A stretch of DNA of 64,000 nt from IMG/VR virus record IMGVR_UViG_3300027804_000038, positions 1-64,000 of that record, one strand, 5' to 3'. Positions 16,587-25,805 of the stretch are shown in pieces; position 1 is the stretch's first letter, and every line of letters starts with the position of its first letter. The stretch comes from a virus. Its lineage: Duplodnaviria; Caudoviricetes. The position numbers and the translations under genes are program-made. The notes under the pieces were generated by a model. It worked only from the letters and a program-made list of their open reading frames with translations, did no database searches and was not told the DNA's origin.

Positions 16587-17789
16587 ATGAAAAATATTGA
16601 AGATTATAGAAAAAGATTCATAACTCTATCTGAATCTATCATAGGTAACGTTAAAACAATTTTAAATGAAGATGATGTTGCAAACGCTTTTTATCTTTCG
16701 GTATCTGAAGCACCTGGATACCTAATTGGATATAGTTGGTCCGATATAATTATTGAAGAAGGTAAAAGTCCAGTAGTTAAAATTAAAAAATTAGATGAAT
16801 TTACATCTAAAGATGGAAAGTATGTTCAAACACCAAATAGTATAATTAATTTGGGAGTAACTGCCGCAGATGGGTTAATGTTTGTTTCTTGGAACCCATC
16901 GACACAAACTTTTGAAGATAATCAAGTAATGCTACTAAGACAAGGGGGCGGTGGTAATCCAACCTATTACCAAACAACTCCTGTAGGAACTGGAGACGGA
17001 TTTGAAAAACTTAAAAGTAGTTTTCTCCAAAAAGTATCTGGAGGTGGAGCTCAAAATAAAACTGAAGATGGTAAAACTGAAGGGGCTGGTGGCAACACTG
17101 TTGACTTATCGACAGGTGGAGGTTGTAAGGCGAAGATTAGAGCTGAACTAGGAGGATTAAAAGAATTTAAAGACTCGGAAGGGAATTCTTTTAAATTGAT
17201 TTCAATTGTTAACCCTAAAGTTATTAATACGGCAACTGCAGATGACCCTGAATCTAATCAGGCTTGTTTTGAGCAAGATTACTATGAAAAGAATTTAAAA
17301 ACTTTTTTATATTTGGACGGAGAGTTTGATGATAGAGGAAGAGGATATGTTTATGACGGTAATGGAAACGCAGTAAAAAATCTCTATATTTCAAATGAGG
17401 AATATGTTATATCTAAATTATCTGCCCCACAAGAAAAAACTCAACCAAAAAGTTCTAATGAACAACCTAAACAAGATACTAAAACAAATCAGGGAACTCA
17501 AACAAATACCCAAACCAATACAAATCAAGGGACTAAAACAAATACAAATCAGGGAACTCAAACAAATACTCAAACCAACACAAATCAAGGAACTCAAATA
17601 AATACAGGAGGTGTACAACTTTCTCAATCCGCCAAAATTAATACGACTAATGACAAATCATTTGACTACGCATTAGACAACGGAAAATATTATTTTAAAG
17701 GTAAGGGAACCCAAGCTTCCAAATATCCTAATTGGGTTGAGGCAAAGGGTAATGGATTAAATAGTATTAAATCAAAAGTTAAGTTCTAA
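16587..17789 (+). CDS. Leader-bearing protein with Gly-rich linkers and N/Q/T low-complexity repeat
   Basis: 400 aa; leader ends ILNED. Confidence 0.8.
   Translation: MKNIEDYRKRFITLSESIIGNVKTILNEDDVANAFYLSVSEAPGYLIGYSWSDIIIEEGKSPVVKIKKLDEFTSKDGKYVQTPNSIINLGVTAADGLMFVSWNPSTQTFEDNQVMLLRQGGGGNPTYYQTTPVGTGDGFEKLKSSFLQKVSGGGAQNKTEDGKTEGAGGNTVDLSTGGGCKAKIRAELGGLKEFKDSEGNSFKLISIVNPKVINTATADDPESNQACFEQDYYEKNLKTFLYLDGEFDDRGRGYVYDGNGNAVKNLYISNEEYVISKLSAPQEKTQPKSSNEQPKQDTKTNQGTQTNTQTNTNQGTKTNTNQGTQTNTQTNTNQGTQINTGGVQLSQSAKINTTNDKSFDYALDNGKYYFKGKGTQASKYPNWVEAKGNGLNSIKSKVKF
17484..17603 (+). repeat. Coding 60-nt tandem duplication (TNQGTQTNTQTN)
   Basis: 17484-17543 and 17544-17603 nearly identical. Confidence 0.8.
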
Positions 17790-18298
17790 TGTCATTTACA
17801 GGAAATAAAGAAAATTTACCTAAAGAGTTAAATGTATTTTTATCTAAATTTGAAAAAGAATTTGGAGACACCGAGTTTATTTTTAGCTCAGCTGACTCAG
17901 AATGGGACGATAGTAGATTATATTTATATCCTAAATTGGATATCGGTAAATGGATGAAAGGTGAGTATGTAGGGCATCCCCAACAATGGGTACAACAACT
18001 TTCAAAAATAATGACAATACAATACTTGGTTTCAGTTGTTGAGATTAAGTATTTGAATGGTGAAGAAGAACTAAAAGAATTGATGGATGGATTAAACGAG
18101 TGTATAAAAAATAATAACTATAAAGAATGGGTTCATAAAATTTATTTAGTTCAAAATAAAGAAACAGGGAAACCAATAGTTAAAGTTATGTTTTATACTG
18201 AGGATGATTTAGAAACTACTTCAGATATAATCTTAGGTCTACAAGATTGTAGAAATAAAATGGGATATAAAAAACCTGGAATAATTGATTTTACATGA
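17789..18298 (+). CDS. Hypothetical protein
   Basis: 169 aa, coupled start. Confidence 0.75.
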   Translation: MSFTGNKENLPKELNVFLSKFEKEFGDTEFIFSSADSEWDDSRLYLYPKLDIGKWMKGEYVGHPQQWVQQLSKIMTIQYLVSVVEIKYLNGEEELKELMDGLNECIKNNNYKEWVHKIYLVQNKETGKPIVKVMFYTEDDLETTSDIILGLQDCRNKMGYKKPGIIDFT

Positions 18299-18600
18299 GA
18301 TATAAAATAGAAGACAGTAGATTTGAAAATTTGGTAGATGACTATATTTCAGAAGAGTTCTCAAACCTAAAAATGGAAAAGGCTAATGGAGTTGACGACA
18401 TGTTTTTTTGGTTTAAAGAAGACAGGACTTTTGTTGTTGAATACATAGATGAAGGTTATGGGTTTAATGAGGACCTATATAATCACATTATGAATTTTTT
18501 TTCATTATCTCACGATGACATGGATTATTTTTTAAAAAAATGGATATCTTCTAATATGCCATTTCCGTTTAATGAAATTTATACAGTAGAGATGGGATAA
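18295..18600 (+). CDS. Possible very distant member of the small paralog family, no array
   Basis: IMNFFSLSHDD...LKKWI resembles the FFSM...GRWV segment. Confidence 0.6.
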   Translation: MRYKIEDSRFENLVDDYISEEFSNLKMEKANGVDDMFFWFKEDRTFVVEYIDEGYGFNEDLYNHIMNFFSLSHDDMDYFLKKWISSNMPFPFNEIYTVEMG

Positions 18601-18626
18601 TTAAAAAATTGTTGTATATTTGCATT

Positions 18627-19055
18627 ATGAAAAATATACTATTCTTCTTTTTTATCACTATTAGTTTGTTTTCTTGTCGAATTGAAACAAACAATGCAGA
18701 AATTAATGTCGAGAATACCGTAATAAAAGGGAGTTGGAAAGTTACACATTTTGAAAAATTTGATAGTGTTTCCACGCAAGATTACTCAGGGTATGTTTTA
18801 CATTTTAATAATGACGGGTCAATTAATGTTGAACATGATGAAACATTAATCGAAGGAACATGGTCAATTTCTGACCCAAATCCGTACGAGGATTACATAC
18901 AAGATTTAAAATTTAATTTATTTTTTACTGATGACCCACTAAATAAATTAACTAATAATTGGGATATTGATTTTCAAAACAATAATACACTTAGACTTGT
19001 TGATTTCTCAATGACAAGTGGTGAATCAATCCTTCTCGTACTTGAGAAGGTGTAA
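18627..19055 (+). CDS. Bacteroidota-type lipoprotein, lipocalin-like
   Basis: MKNILFFFFITISLFSC lipobox; GSWKVTHF; TATATTTG at 18615-18622. Confidence 0.7.
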   Translation: MKNILFFFFITISLFSCRIETNNAEINVENTVIKGSWKVTHFEKFDSVSTQDYSGYVLHFNNDGSINVEHDETLIEGTWSISDPNPYEDYIQDLKFNLFFTDDPLNKLTNNWDIDFQNNNTLRLVDFSMTSGESILLVLEKV

Positions 19056-19133
19056 TCACCAATAAGTTAAAAATAGAACCCCATATTTATGGGGTTTTTT
19101 ATTTTATGATATATTTATTTAAAAAGATTTTTT

Positions 19134-19640
19134 ATGAAAATTTCAGAACAGGAAAAACAAAGAATATTGGAGATGCACTCTATAGAAAAAGAAGTTGTAT
19201 CAGAACAATTATTCTCGAAACAAAGAGCGGCAATTAAAGGAGCGGCTCAGAATGTTGGGACATATGTTAAAAACGCAGTTACTGCAGGTAAAATTGAAAG
19301 AAAACCTAAATTAGATGGTATAGCAACAAAGGCAAAATCTTTGGCAAATGTCACATATAACAGAATAAAAAAAGACATTGAATTACTTAATGGTTATCTT
19401 ACTGAGGCAAAACCTGAAGGTGGGTACGAGAAAGAAACTGAAAAATTAAAAGAAAAACTACAGGCATTTATAGAAGCTTCAACCGAATACAATAATTTAG
19501 TTAGCGAATTTTATAATGGTATTATGAAATATCATGATGAAGTGAATCCACCAGCTAGTGGTGGAGCGAATACCCAAGGACAAACTGCTGGAACAGAACA
19601 AGGACAAGCACAAGGACAAGGCGGTACCCAACAAGGTTAA
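19134..19640 (+). CDS. Leader-bearing coiled-coil protein
   Basis: MKISEQEKQRILEMH...VVSEQ. Confidence 0.8.
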   Translation: MKISEQEKQRILEMHSIEKEVVSEQLFSKQRAAIKGAAQNVGTYVKNAVTAGKIERKPKLDGIATKAKSLANVTYNRIKKDIELLNGYLTEAKPEGGYEKETEKLKEKLQAFIEASTEYNNLVSEFYNGIMKYHDEVNPPASGGANTQGQTAGTEQGQAQGQGGTQQG

Positions 19641-19665
19641 ACCAAAAAATAGAATAATATTAAAA

Positions 19666-19782
19666 ATGGCTAAAGCTAAAAAAGAAGGAAAACCAAGACG
19701 TAATCGTAAAAATTGGTTGAAAAATATAAAAAGAATTACTCAAAATAACGAAGTCCTTAAAAAAATAAAAGAACAAATATAA
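19666..19782 (+). CDS. 38-aa basic peptide
   Basis: MAKAKKEGKPRRNRKNWLKNIKRITQNNEVLKKIKEQI. Confidence 0.55.
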   Translation: MAKAKKEGKPRRNRKNWLKNIKRITQNNEVLKKIKEQI

Positions 19783-19832
19783 TTAAACCCCCATTATTGG
19801 GGGTTTTTTCTTTAAAGTAATATTTATTATAT

Positions 19833-20027
19833 ATGAAAAATATATCATTAACTGAGTCTGAAATAAAAAAAATAATCGAACAAGTGATACAAGAATCTGA
19901 CGAAAAACGTTTATCAAAATTAAAGTTAGATATACTTAAAACTTTACCTCATAAGGGTACTGAAAAAAAAACTGTCGATGAAATTATACAGGACATTGAG
20001 AGGGTGATTAAAAAATACAAACAATGA
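19833..20027 (+). CDS. Hypothetical protein with SLTESE leader
   Basis: 64 aa. Confidence 0.75.
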   Translation: MKNISLTESEIKKIIEQVIQESDEKRLSKLKLDILKTLPHKGTEKKTVDEIIQDIERVIKKYKQ

Positions 20028-20317
20028 AATTACTAATTACCGAATCACAGTTAAAGACACTGTTTGACGACATGTCAAAATACCTTAATAATTATTTTTC
20101 TGATAGATATGAGATTTGTAAATTCGAATCCCATTATGATGAAGAGTTTCCAATATTAAAATTAAAATTAGATTCTAAATGGGTTAAAAATAATATGAAT
20201 AATAATATTTTTACAAAAAAAAATGAAGTTAAGGATATTGTAAATAAAGCGAAAAAGTTAATAATTGAAAGATATAACGATTATATCGAAATATCTGTAT
20301 ATGCTGGAAAATGTTGA
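20024..20317 (+). CDS. Hypothetical protein with MKLLITESQ leader
   Basis: 97 aa. Confidence 0.75.
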   Translation: MKLLITESQLKTLFDDMSKYLNNYFSDRYEICKFESHYDEEFPILKLKLDSKWVKNNMNNNIFTKKNEVKDIVNKAKKLIIERYNDYIEISVYAGKC

Positions 20318-20362
20318 TTTTTTTTTAAACAATTAAAGTATTTATATAAAAAAACAAAAAAT

Positions 20363-20593
20363 ATGAAAAAAGTTAGATTAACAGAATCAGATTTAATTAA
20401 CATAGTTAAAAGAGTTTTAAAAGAAGAAGAGGGTCAACCTACAACTTGTACAGGTAATTATGACCAACCAAAAGGTTCTTTATTCGTTTTAGACGGAAAT
20501 TTATATTTCCAATACATGGATGAAAAAGGAAGCCCAATTAAGTGTCAAGTACCTAAAAATGAATTGAAAACAAGTTCAATTAAGACAAGATAA
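20363..20593 (+). CDS. Hypothetical protein with KKVRLTESDL leader
   Basis: 76 aa. Confidence 0.75.
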   Translation: MKKVRLTESDLINIVKRVLKEEEGQPTTCTGNYDQPKGSLFVLDGNLYFQYMDEKGSPIKCQVPKNELKTSSIKTR

Positions 20594-20596
20594 AAT

Positions 20597-20983
20597 ATGT
20601 CAAAAATTTTAACCGAAATATCTCAAATGAAATACCTTTTTGGTTATAAAAGAGGTGTTGTCATATCAGAGCAAGTTCCTGAAGCCTTACTAAAACAAAT
20701 TAATGATTTAAATGGAAAAAAGGAAACCTTAACTGTTAAATACATGAAGTGTGAAGGAGGGGAAGGTGAAATTGACCCTAAAGTTTTTACATTCTCTAAT
20801 ATTGGTGACAAAATGATTATTAAATTTATATTAGAACCAACTCCTAAAGATGAAACTGATAGTATCTTAACTTGTTTGGGTGGAGATGAGCCAATGAAAG
20901 ACAAATGTTTTGAGGTTGACCAAGATGGAGAAACTTATATGGCAGGACTAAGAGTCGATTGTACTACTGGAAAGTACAACTAA
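20597..20983 (+). CDS. Hypothetical protein with KILTEI leader
   Basis: Leader ends VISEQ. Confidence 0.75.
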   Translation: MSKILTEISQMKYLFGYKRGVVISEQVPEALLKQINDLNGKKETLTVKYMKCEGGEGEIDPKVFTFSNIGDKMIIKFILEPTPKDETDSILTCLGGDEPMKDKCFEVDQDGETYMAGLRVDCTTGKYN

Positions 20984-21058
20984 AATAAAAAATTCAAATA
21001 ACATAAACCCTCAATAATGAGGGTTTTTTATTTTATATTTGTTTAATATTTATTACAT

Positions 21059-21604
21059 ATGGATAAATTTGCAAAATTATTTAAAAAATATATTGATTTA
21101 AATTTTAAATCACCTGTTGAATATTCGGTTGAACATAATGACGGAAAATTGACAATATGGGAAATTGTTGATATATCTAAGGCTGATTTAAATCATGCAA
21201 ATTATGACCCATCATATAGAAAAATTTTTTATCCAAAACGACCAAAAGGAGCTCATATTTTTATTGTTGATGAAAACAGTAGGTTAAATAAAATAAAGGA
21301 AGATTTAAGAAAATTTTTTAAATTAGATATTGATTTTTGGACAGGATTTAAACCAATAAATTATGATTATTTAGATAATATTGAAAATAAAATAAAAGAG
21401 GCAGTTAAAGAAAACGATTATCCAAATATTGAAGTTGAGTTTAAAGGAGATTTACCAAAAATAGCCTTACTTTTTTCAAATTTACCTGATGAATTAAAAG
21501 AAAGAGAAAATATGACAGAATATTTAAATAATTTAAAATTGTATACTAAATTAAAATATAATATTGATATTGATTCATATTCATTAACATGGAGAATTAG
21601 GTAA
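21059..21604 (+). CDS. Hypothetical protein
   Basis: 181 aa. Confidence 0.75.
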   Translation: MDKFAKLFKKYIDLNFKSPVEYSVEHNDGKLTIWEIVDISKADLNHANYDPSYRKIFYPKRPKGAHIFIVDENSRLNKIKEDLRKFFKLDIDFWTGFKPINYDYLDNIENKIKEAVKENDYPNIEVEFKGDLPKIALLFSNLPDELKERENMTEYLNNLKLYTKLKYNIDIDSYSLTWRIR

Positions 21605-21609
21605 CATAA

Positions 21610-21978
21610 TTACTTAAAATTGTAATTAAAAATTTCACAATCAGGATTCAAATTTCTAAAATCAGGAAACATAATATCACCAATATCATTATTATCAATA
21701 TGTGAAATATGTAGTTCTGTAAAATACGGACAGTATTTTTCATATGTTTTTTTACCCCCAATACAAAAGTCAACATCTAATATGAATGAATCTCTTTTAT
21801 CTAATATAACTTCTCTGTTTTTTAGTATTGGTAAAGATGAAAATGTATTATACCCAACTATGAGCCTTTTATTTAATGTTAATTTTATAAAATGTGACAT
21901 ATCCCCTGAAGATTTCCATAATAGTTGATTATCAAGACCAATATACCCTAAATTATTTACCGCAATTATACCTTTCAT
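21610..21978 (-). CDS. folA: Dihydrofolate reductase (compact)
   Basis: IIAVNNLGYIG...LLW...DMSHF...IVGYNTF..LP.L.NR...IGGKKTY. Confidence 0.85.
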   Translation of the reverse strand: MKGIIAVNNLGYIGLDNQLLWKSSGDMSHFIKLTLNKRLIVGYNTFSSLPILKNREVILDKRDSFILDVDFCIGGKKTYEKYCPYFTELHISHIDNNDIGDIMFPDFRNLNPDCEIFNYNFK

Positions 21979-22051
21979 AGTTTTTAATATTAAAATATTT
22001 GTCGCAAAATTACATAGTGAAAATATAATTATTTATAATATTTATTAATGA

Positions 22052-22945
22052 ATGGAAAATTTAATAAAAAGAATTATTGAGGAAGAAACTGGACTTAAGC
22101 TACAGAAAATTGATAGGTTAATTCTTTCTAAAATTCATGAAAAAAAGAAAGAACTTAGAACAAAGGAAAATATTATCGACTATCTTAAAGAGACCCTTAA
22201 ATTTTGGGGGATGAGTCCAAATAAAGCTTTGTTATACTATTATCTTTTCACATTGAATTATGACAAGGACGGTAACTATAATAGTAAATCTCCTGATGAT
22301 TTTTTAACTATTACTGAATTAAATCCTGCAAAAATATCTAATATAAAGGCGTCCGATTTTGTTGACTCCACACTTCCATTTAGAGGGAGTAATTTAGATG
22401 GGTTTTGGGAAAAAGATAGTATGGGTACATATCAATACGTTGTGACCTCTTACAGATGGTATCCTATTTTTATTTTTAAAGATGGTATTTGGTATGGTAA
22501 TACTAATCCTTACTCTAGTTCCACATCAAAACAAATGTCTAATGCAAGACCTGAAGGACAAATAAAATCTTTAACTAAAAGAGAAATTGAACTATTAAGA
22601 AGTGGACGTTCTTATGATAAAATAATTGGAACTAGACCCGAGCGATTTGTTGATAGTATGAAGAATGAACTTAAAGATAAAAGGTCATCGATAAAAGTAC
22701 CTAATACAGATGGTACTATGGTAACTGTTAATTTTATAATACGTAATTTAGAATTGGTCGGAAACCAAGTTGAGTTTGATATTGAAGTAACCTCACTAAA
22801 AAATTCAAACGGAGAAAAAGTAAATCAAGTTGAAGGACAATTAAATGATAATATTGTAAATCAAATTACAAGAATATATCAAAACAAATTTAGGGATAGT
22901 TTATTAGGTAATGCCCAAACATTAATTAAAATAAAATACAGATAA
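22052..22945 (+). CDS. Hypothetical phage protein
   Basis: 297 aa; YVVTSY...PIFIF...WY...YSSSTSKQ core. Confidence 0.8.
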   Translation: MENLIKRIIEEETGLKLQKIDRLILSKIHEKKKELRTKENIIDYLKETLKFWGMSPNKALLYYYLFTLNYDKDGNYNSKSPDDFLTITELNPAKISNIKASDFVDSTLPFRGSNLDGFWEKDSMGTYQYVVTSYRWYPIFIFKDGIWYGNTNPYSSSTSKQMSNARPEGQIKSLTKREIELLRSGRSYDKIIGTRPERFVDSMKNELKDKRSSIKVPNTDGTMVTVNFIIRNLELVGNQVEFDIEVTSLKNSNGEKVNQVEGQLNDNIVNQITRIYQNKFRDSLLGNAQTLIKIKYR

Positions 22946-22947
22946 TT

Positions 22948-22972
22948 AAAAACCCCTCGTTGAGGGGTTTTT
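22948..22972. terminator. Bidirectional intrinsic terminator
   Basis: AAAAACCCCTCGTTGAGGGGTTTTT between convergent genes. Confidence 0.8.
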
Positions 22973-22975
22973 AAT

Positions 22976-23401
22976 TTAGTTAACTGAAACGACTTCCAAA
23001 TCAAAGATTAATTTTTTTCCCGCTAATGGATGATTTGCATCCAATACAACAGTACTATCTTTGATTTCTTTTACTAGGACATTAATTGGTCCAAATTGGT
23101 TTTGACCTTGGAGCATGTCCCCCACTTTCGCATCTTGTGGGATTCTATCTTTTTCGATTTCTGAAATTAACATAGGATTATAATCTCCATATGCGTTTTC
23201 AGCTTCAATCTCTACAGTCTTTGTTTCACCAACAACCATATCAATTAAACCATCCTCAAATCCAGGAATTAACATTCCCTGACCTAATGTAACATTTAAA
23301 GGCTCACGACCCTCTGTGATAGAACTATCAAATATAGTACCATCCTCCAACCTACCTGTGTAGTTTACAGATACATTGTCTCCATTTTCAATTTTCTTCA
23401 T
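22976..23401 (-). CDS. FKBP-type peptidyl-prolyl isomerase (SlyD-like, no His-rich tail)
   Basis: VSVNYTGRLEDGTIFDSS...LIPGFEDGL...AYG...DANHPLAGKKLIFDLEV. Confidence 0.95.
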   Translation of the reverse strand: MKKIENGDNVSVNYTGRLEDGTIFDSSITEGREPLNVTLGQGMLIPGFEDGLIDMVVGETKTVEIEAENAYGDYNPMLISEIEKDRIPQDAKVGDMLQGQNQFGPINVLVKEIKDSTVVLDANHPLAGKKLIFDLEVVSVN

Positions 23402-23448
23402 TTTTAATATTTTTTATAATGATAATTGTTTTAAATGATAAAATCAAA

Positions 23449-23922
23449 TTATTTTGTAAACCATTTCGGAATTTCTCTATTTTTCCATGATGCAAACCCC
23501 GACTTAGCCCCACGATAGTAATTTCTGTACGATTCAACCACATCCTCAACTTTATACTCGTCAGGCATTGCTTTGGGTGGTTCAGTAAATCCTTTGTCAC
23601 AAATGTTTACCTTATTTGTGATACACCACTCAATCACATCTTGGGATTTATGTCTCTTACCATATCGGTATGTATATTCCTCACATAACTCAAGACCCAA
23701 TTCACATAGGTAAAGATAATTACTTAAACTCTCACGAGTCCAAATAGCACAAGGATGATTTTTGTGTGATAACTTGTAGGGTACTTGGTGGGTAACTTGG
23801 TGGGTCACATGGTGGGCACCACACAATAGCTGAGCGGTCTCAAGTATCATCTTGACTACGTGTTTGTCAACGTGATACTGAGCGCACTTCTTAACATCAA
23901 AATCCAAAAAGAAAATATTCAT
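23449..23922 (-). CDS. Pyrimidine-dimer DNA glycosylase / endonuclease V-like protein
   Basis: MNIFFLD...HVDKHVVKMILETAQLL...HKNHPCAIW...EY..RYGKRHKS. Confidence 0.8.
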   Translation of the reverse strand: MNIFFLDFDVKKCAQYHVDKHVVKMILETAQLLCGAHHVTHQVTHQVPYKLSHKNHPCAIWTRESLSNYLYLCELGLELCEEYTYRYGKRHKSQDVIEWCITNKVNICDKGFTEPPKAMPDEYKVEDVVESYRNYYRGAKSGFASWKNREIPKWFTK

Positions 23923-24137
23923 AATTTATTTGGACTTACGTTTTTTACTAGTTATATTTTTTTCGTCTTTATAAATAATCTCAACCGAGATAGGTCCAAA
24001 CTTAAATTTATCAAAATCATAAGTCCAAATACTAATAGTATCTTCGGTTTCGTATTTTCTAATAATTTTATTTTCCATATTTTTTACAAAAATAATAAAA
24101 AAACATTAAATTCTGCATATTTATATAAAAAAAAATT

Positions 24138-24461
24138 ATGAAAAAAGTAGTAAAGTTAACCGAAAAAGATTTAACAAGAATTGTTAATCGAGTGATATCT
24201 GAAAACAAAAAAAATAATAAAGAAAATATACAAGAAATGGAAAATTTCTTTAATCCTGAAGCTATGAGTACTGGAGGGGCAATTATTACAATGGCACTAA
24301 CAGTTATTGGTCTTTTGGGATTTGCAGGTTTTGACATTATAAGAGAAACAATTCAAAAACTAAGAAAGAAAGGACAAGAAAAAGAAGCTAAACAATTAGA
24401 ATCACTTTTAGCTAAAAAAGAAGCGGAAATGGGTGATGATGAAGAATTATACGAATTTTAA
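24138..24461 (+). CDS. Leader-bearing single-TM protein
   Basis: KKVVKLTEKDL leader, one hydrophobic helix. Confidence 0.75.
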   Translation: MKKVVKLTEKDLTRIVNRVISENKKNNKENIQEMENFFNPEAMSTGGAIITMALTVIGLLGFAGFDIIRETIQKLRKKGQEKEAKQLESLLAKKEAEMGDDEELYEF

Positions 24462-24566
24462 TAAATTAACTATCAATATTAATTAAATAAAAATCTTCAG
24501 AATTCTGAAGATTTTTTTTTGCAATCAAAAAAAAAGTTTTATATTTGTTGGAAATAATAAAACAAT

Positions 24567-24731
24567 ATGAAAAACTTACCCACAAAAATTACTGCGGCAA
24601 TGATGGCATTAGTATTGTCTGTATTGATGTTAGTTTGTTCTCCAAATAAATTTGTAATGACTTTGTCAATCATTTTTATTTTAATTCAAATGTTTGTGTG
24701 GGGTAGATTGATGAAAGAAATTAATAAATAA
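24567..24731 (+). CDS. 54-aa two-TM membrane protein (not in ORF track)
   Basis: MKNLPTKITAAMMALVLSVLMLVC...; TATATTTG at 24540-24547. Confidence 0.6.
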   Translation: MKNLPTKITAAMMALVLSVLMLVCSPNKFVMTLSIIFILIQMFVWGRLMKEINK

Positions 24732-24732
24732 T

Positions 24733-24758
24733 AAAAAACCCCCTATTAGGGGGTTTTT
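24733..24758. terminator. Bidirectional intrinsic terminator
   Basis: A-tract, CCCCC-TATTA-GGGGG hairpin, T-tract between convergent genes. Confidence 0.8.
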
Positions 24759-24761
24759 CTT

Positions 24762-25622
24762 TTAAACAAAACTCATAGTATCCCCAAAATTCATATGATG
24801 TTCGTGGTGTTCATCTAACATCATATGGTAAGCTCTAGCTAAACGTGTCATTCCTATACCTCCACCAAATCTTGGAAAAAATTTAAATGATAAAAATTCT
24901 TCTAACTCCTTCTCAACTCTTTCTTTGCCAAACAATTCAAAAAGTTTATTGGCATACCCACCATTTTCAATTGTGTAGAACATTTCTCTCATTTTTTCCA
25001 CATCACAACTTCTTTCAGCCGAGCCAATTGTTTCCTGACCATACATAATAACATCTACTTTATTGAATATCCCATTTGTTCCATGCTGCATATTCCAAAA
25101 TGGGTTTGTTCTTAAAGGAAAATGTTGTAAAGAAACAACTGAACCCTTTTCTTTCCACATTCTTTGTTCGTGTTCATCTTCAAGTATCTCAACTCCACCG
25201 TATTCTGCACACATACCTTCGTATGTTACATTTTTTGGTTTATTGAATCCTAAATACTGTAGTAATTCTTCTTCTAGCTTAATCAAATCTAACATCTTAC
25301 CCTTTGATTCAAATTCGAACATCGGGAAGATTAATTCATGACGACCAGGGATTGGGTTTTTCTCTTGTCTGTAAGATGTCGAAATACAGTACACTCCATT
25401 CCACTCAGGATTTTTTAATAATTCGTACTCTAACCACATTTGACCTGTTTGAGGTAGAGGCCAAATCTCTCCTTGATACTCAAATGTTGCTATTGAATGT
25501 GGGTTTTCACAAGCCGCTAAAATAGATAGTCTTGATTGTGTTGGTACTTCCTTGAATCCCTTAGATTGGAAGAAATCTCTCATTTTTTGAACTAGTTCGT
25601 TGTAAATTTTTGTGTTTTTCAT
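24762..25622 (-). CDS. Class II aaRS catalytic-domain-only protein, asparagine synthetase (AsnRS/AspRS-like AsnA)
   Basis: LPQTGQMWLE, YRQE...GRHE..FPMFEFE (motif 2), GGGIGMTRL (motif 3); no anticodon-binding OB domain. Confidence 0.8.
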   Translation of the reverse strand: MKNTKIYNELVQKMRDFFQSKGFKEVPTQSRLSILAACENPHSIATFEYQGEIWPLPQTGQMWLEYELLKNPEWNGVYCISTSYRQEKNPIPGRHELIFPMFEFESKGKMLDLIKLEEELLQYLGFNKPKNVTYEGMCAEYGGVEILEDEHEQRMWKEKGSVVSLQHFPLRTNPFWNMQHGTNGIFNKVDVIMYGQETIGSAERSCDVEKMREMFYTIENGGYANKLFELFGKERVEKELEEFLSFKFFPRFGGGIGMTRLARAYHMMLDEHHEHHMNFGDTMSFV

Positions 25623-25805
25623 TTTTTATAATTTATTTTTATTATTATGGGCAAAAAAAATCCTGACAATTGTCAGGATTTTTTATAGTTTATATTTAAA
25701 TTTCGATTATTATTCATCATTTGATATTAAATATATATATTTTTAAAAAAGTTATCAATACTACACAAATATTTATAGTAAAAATATTTTAAACTATTTA
25801 TCAGT

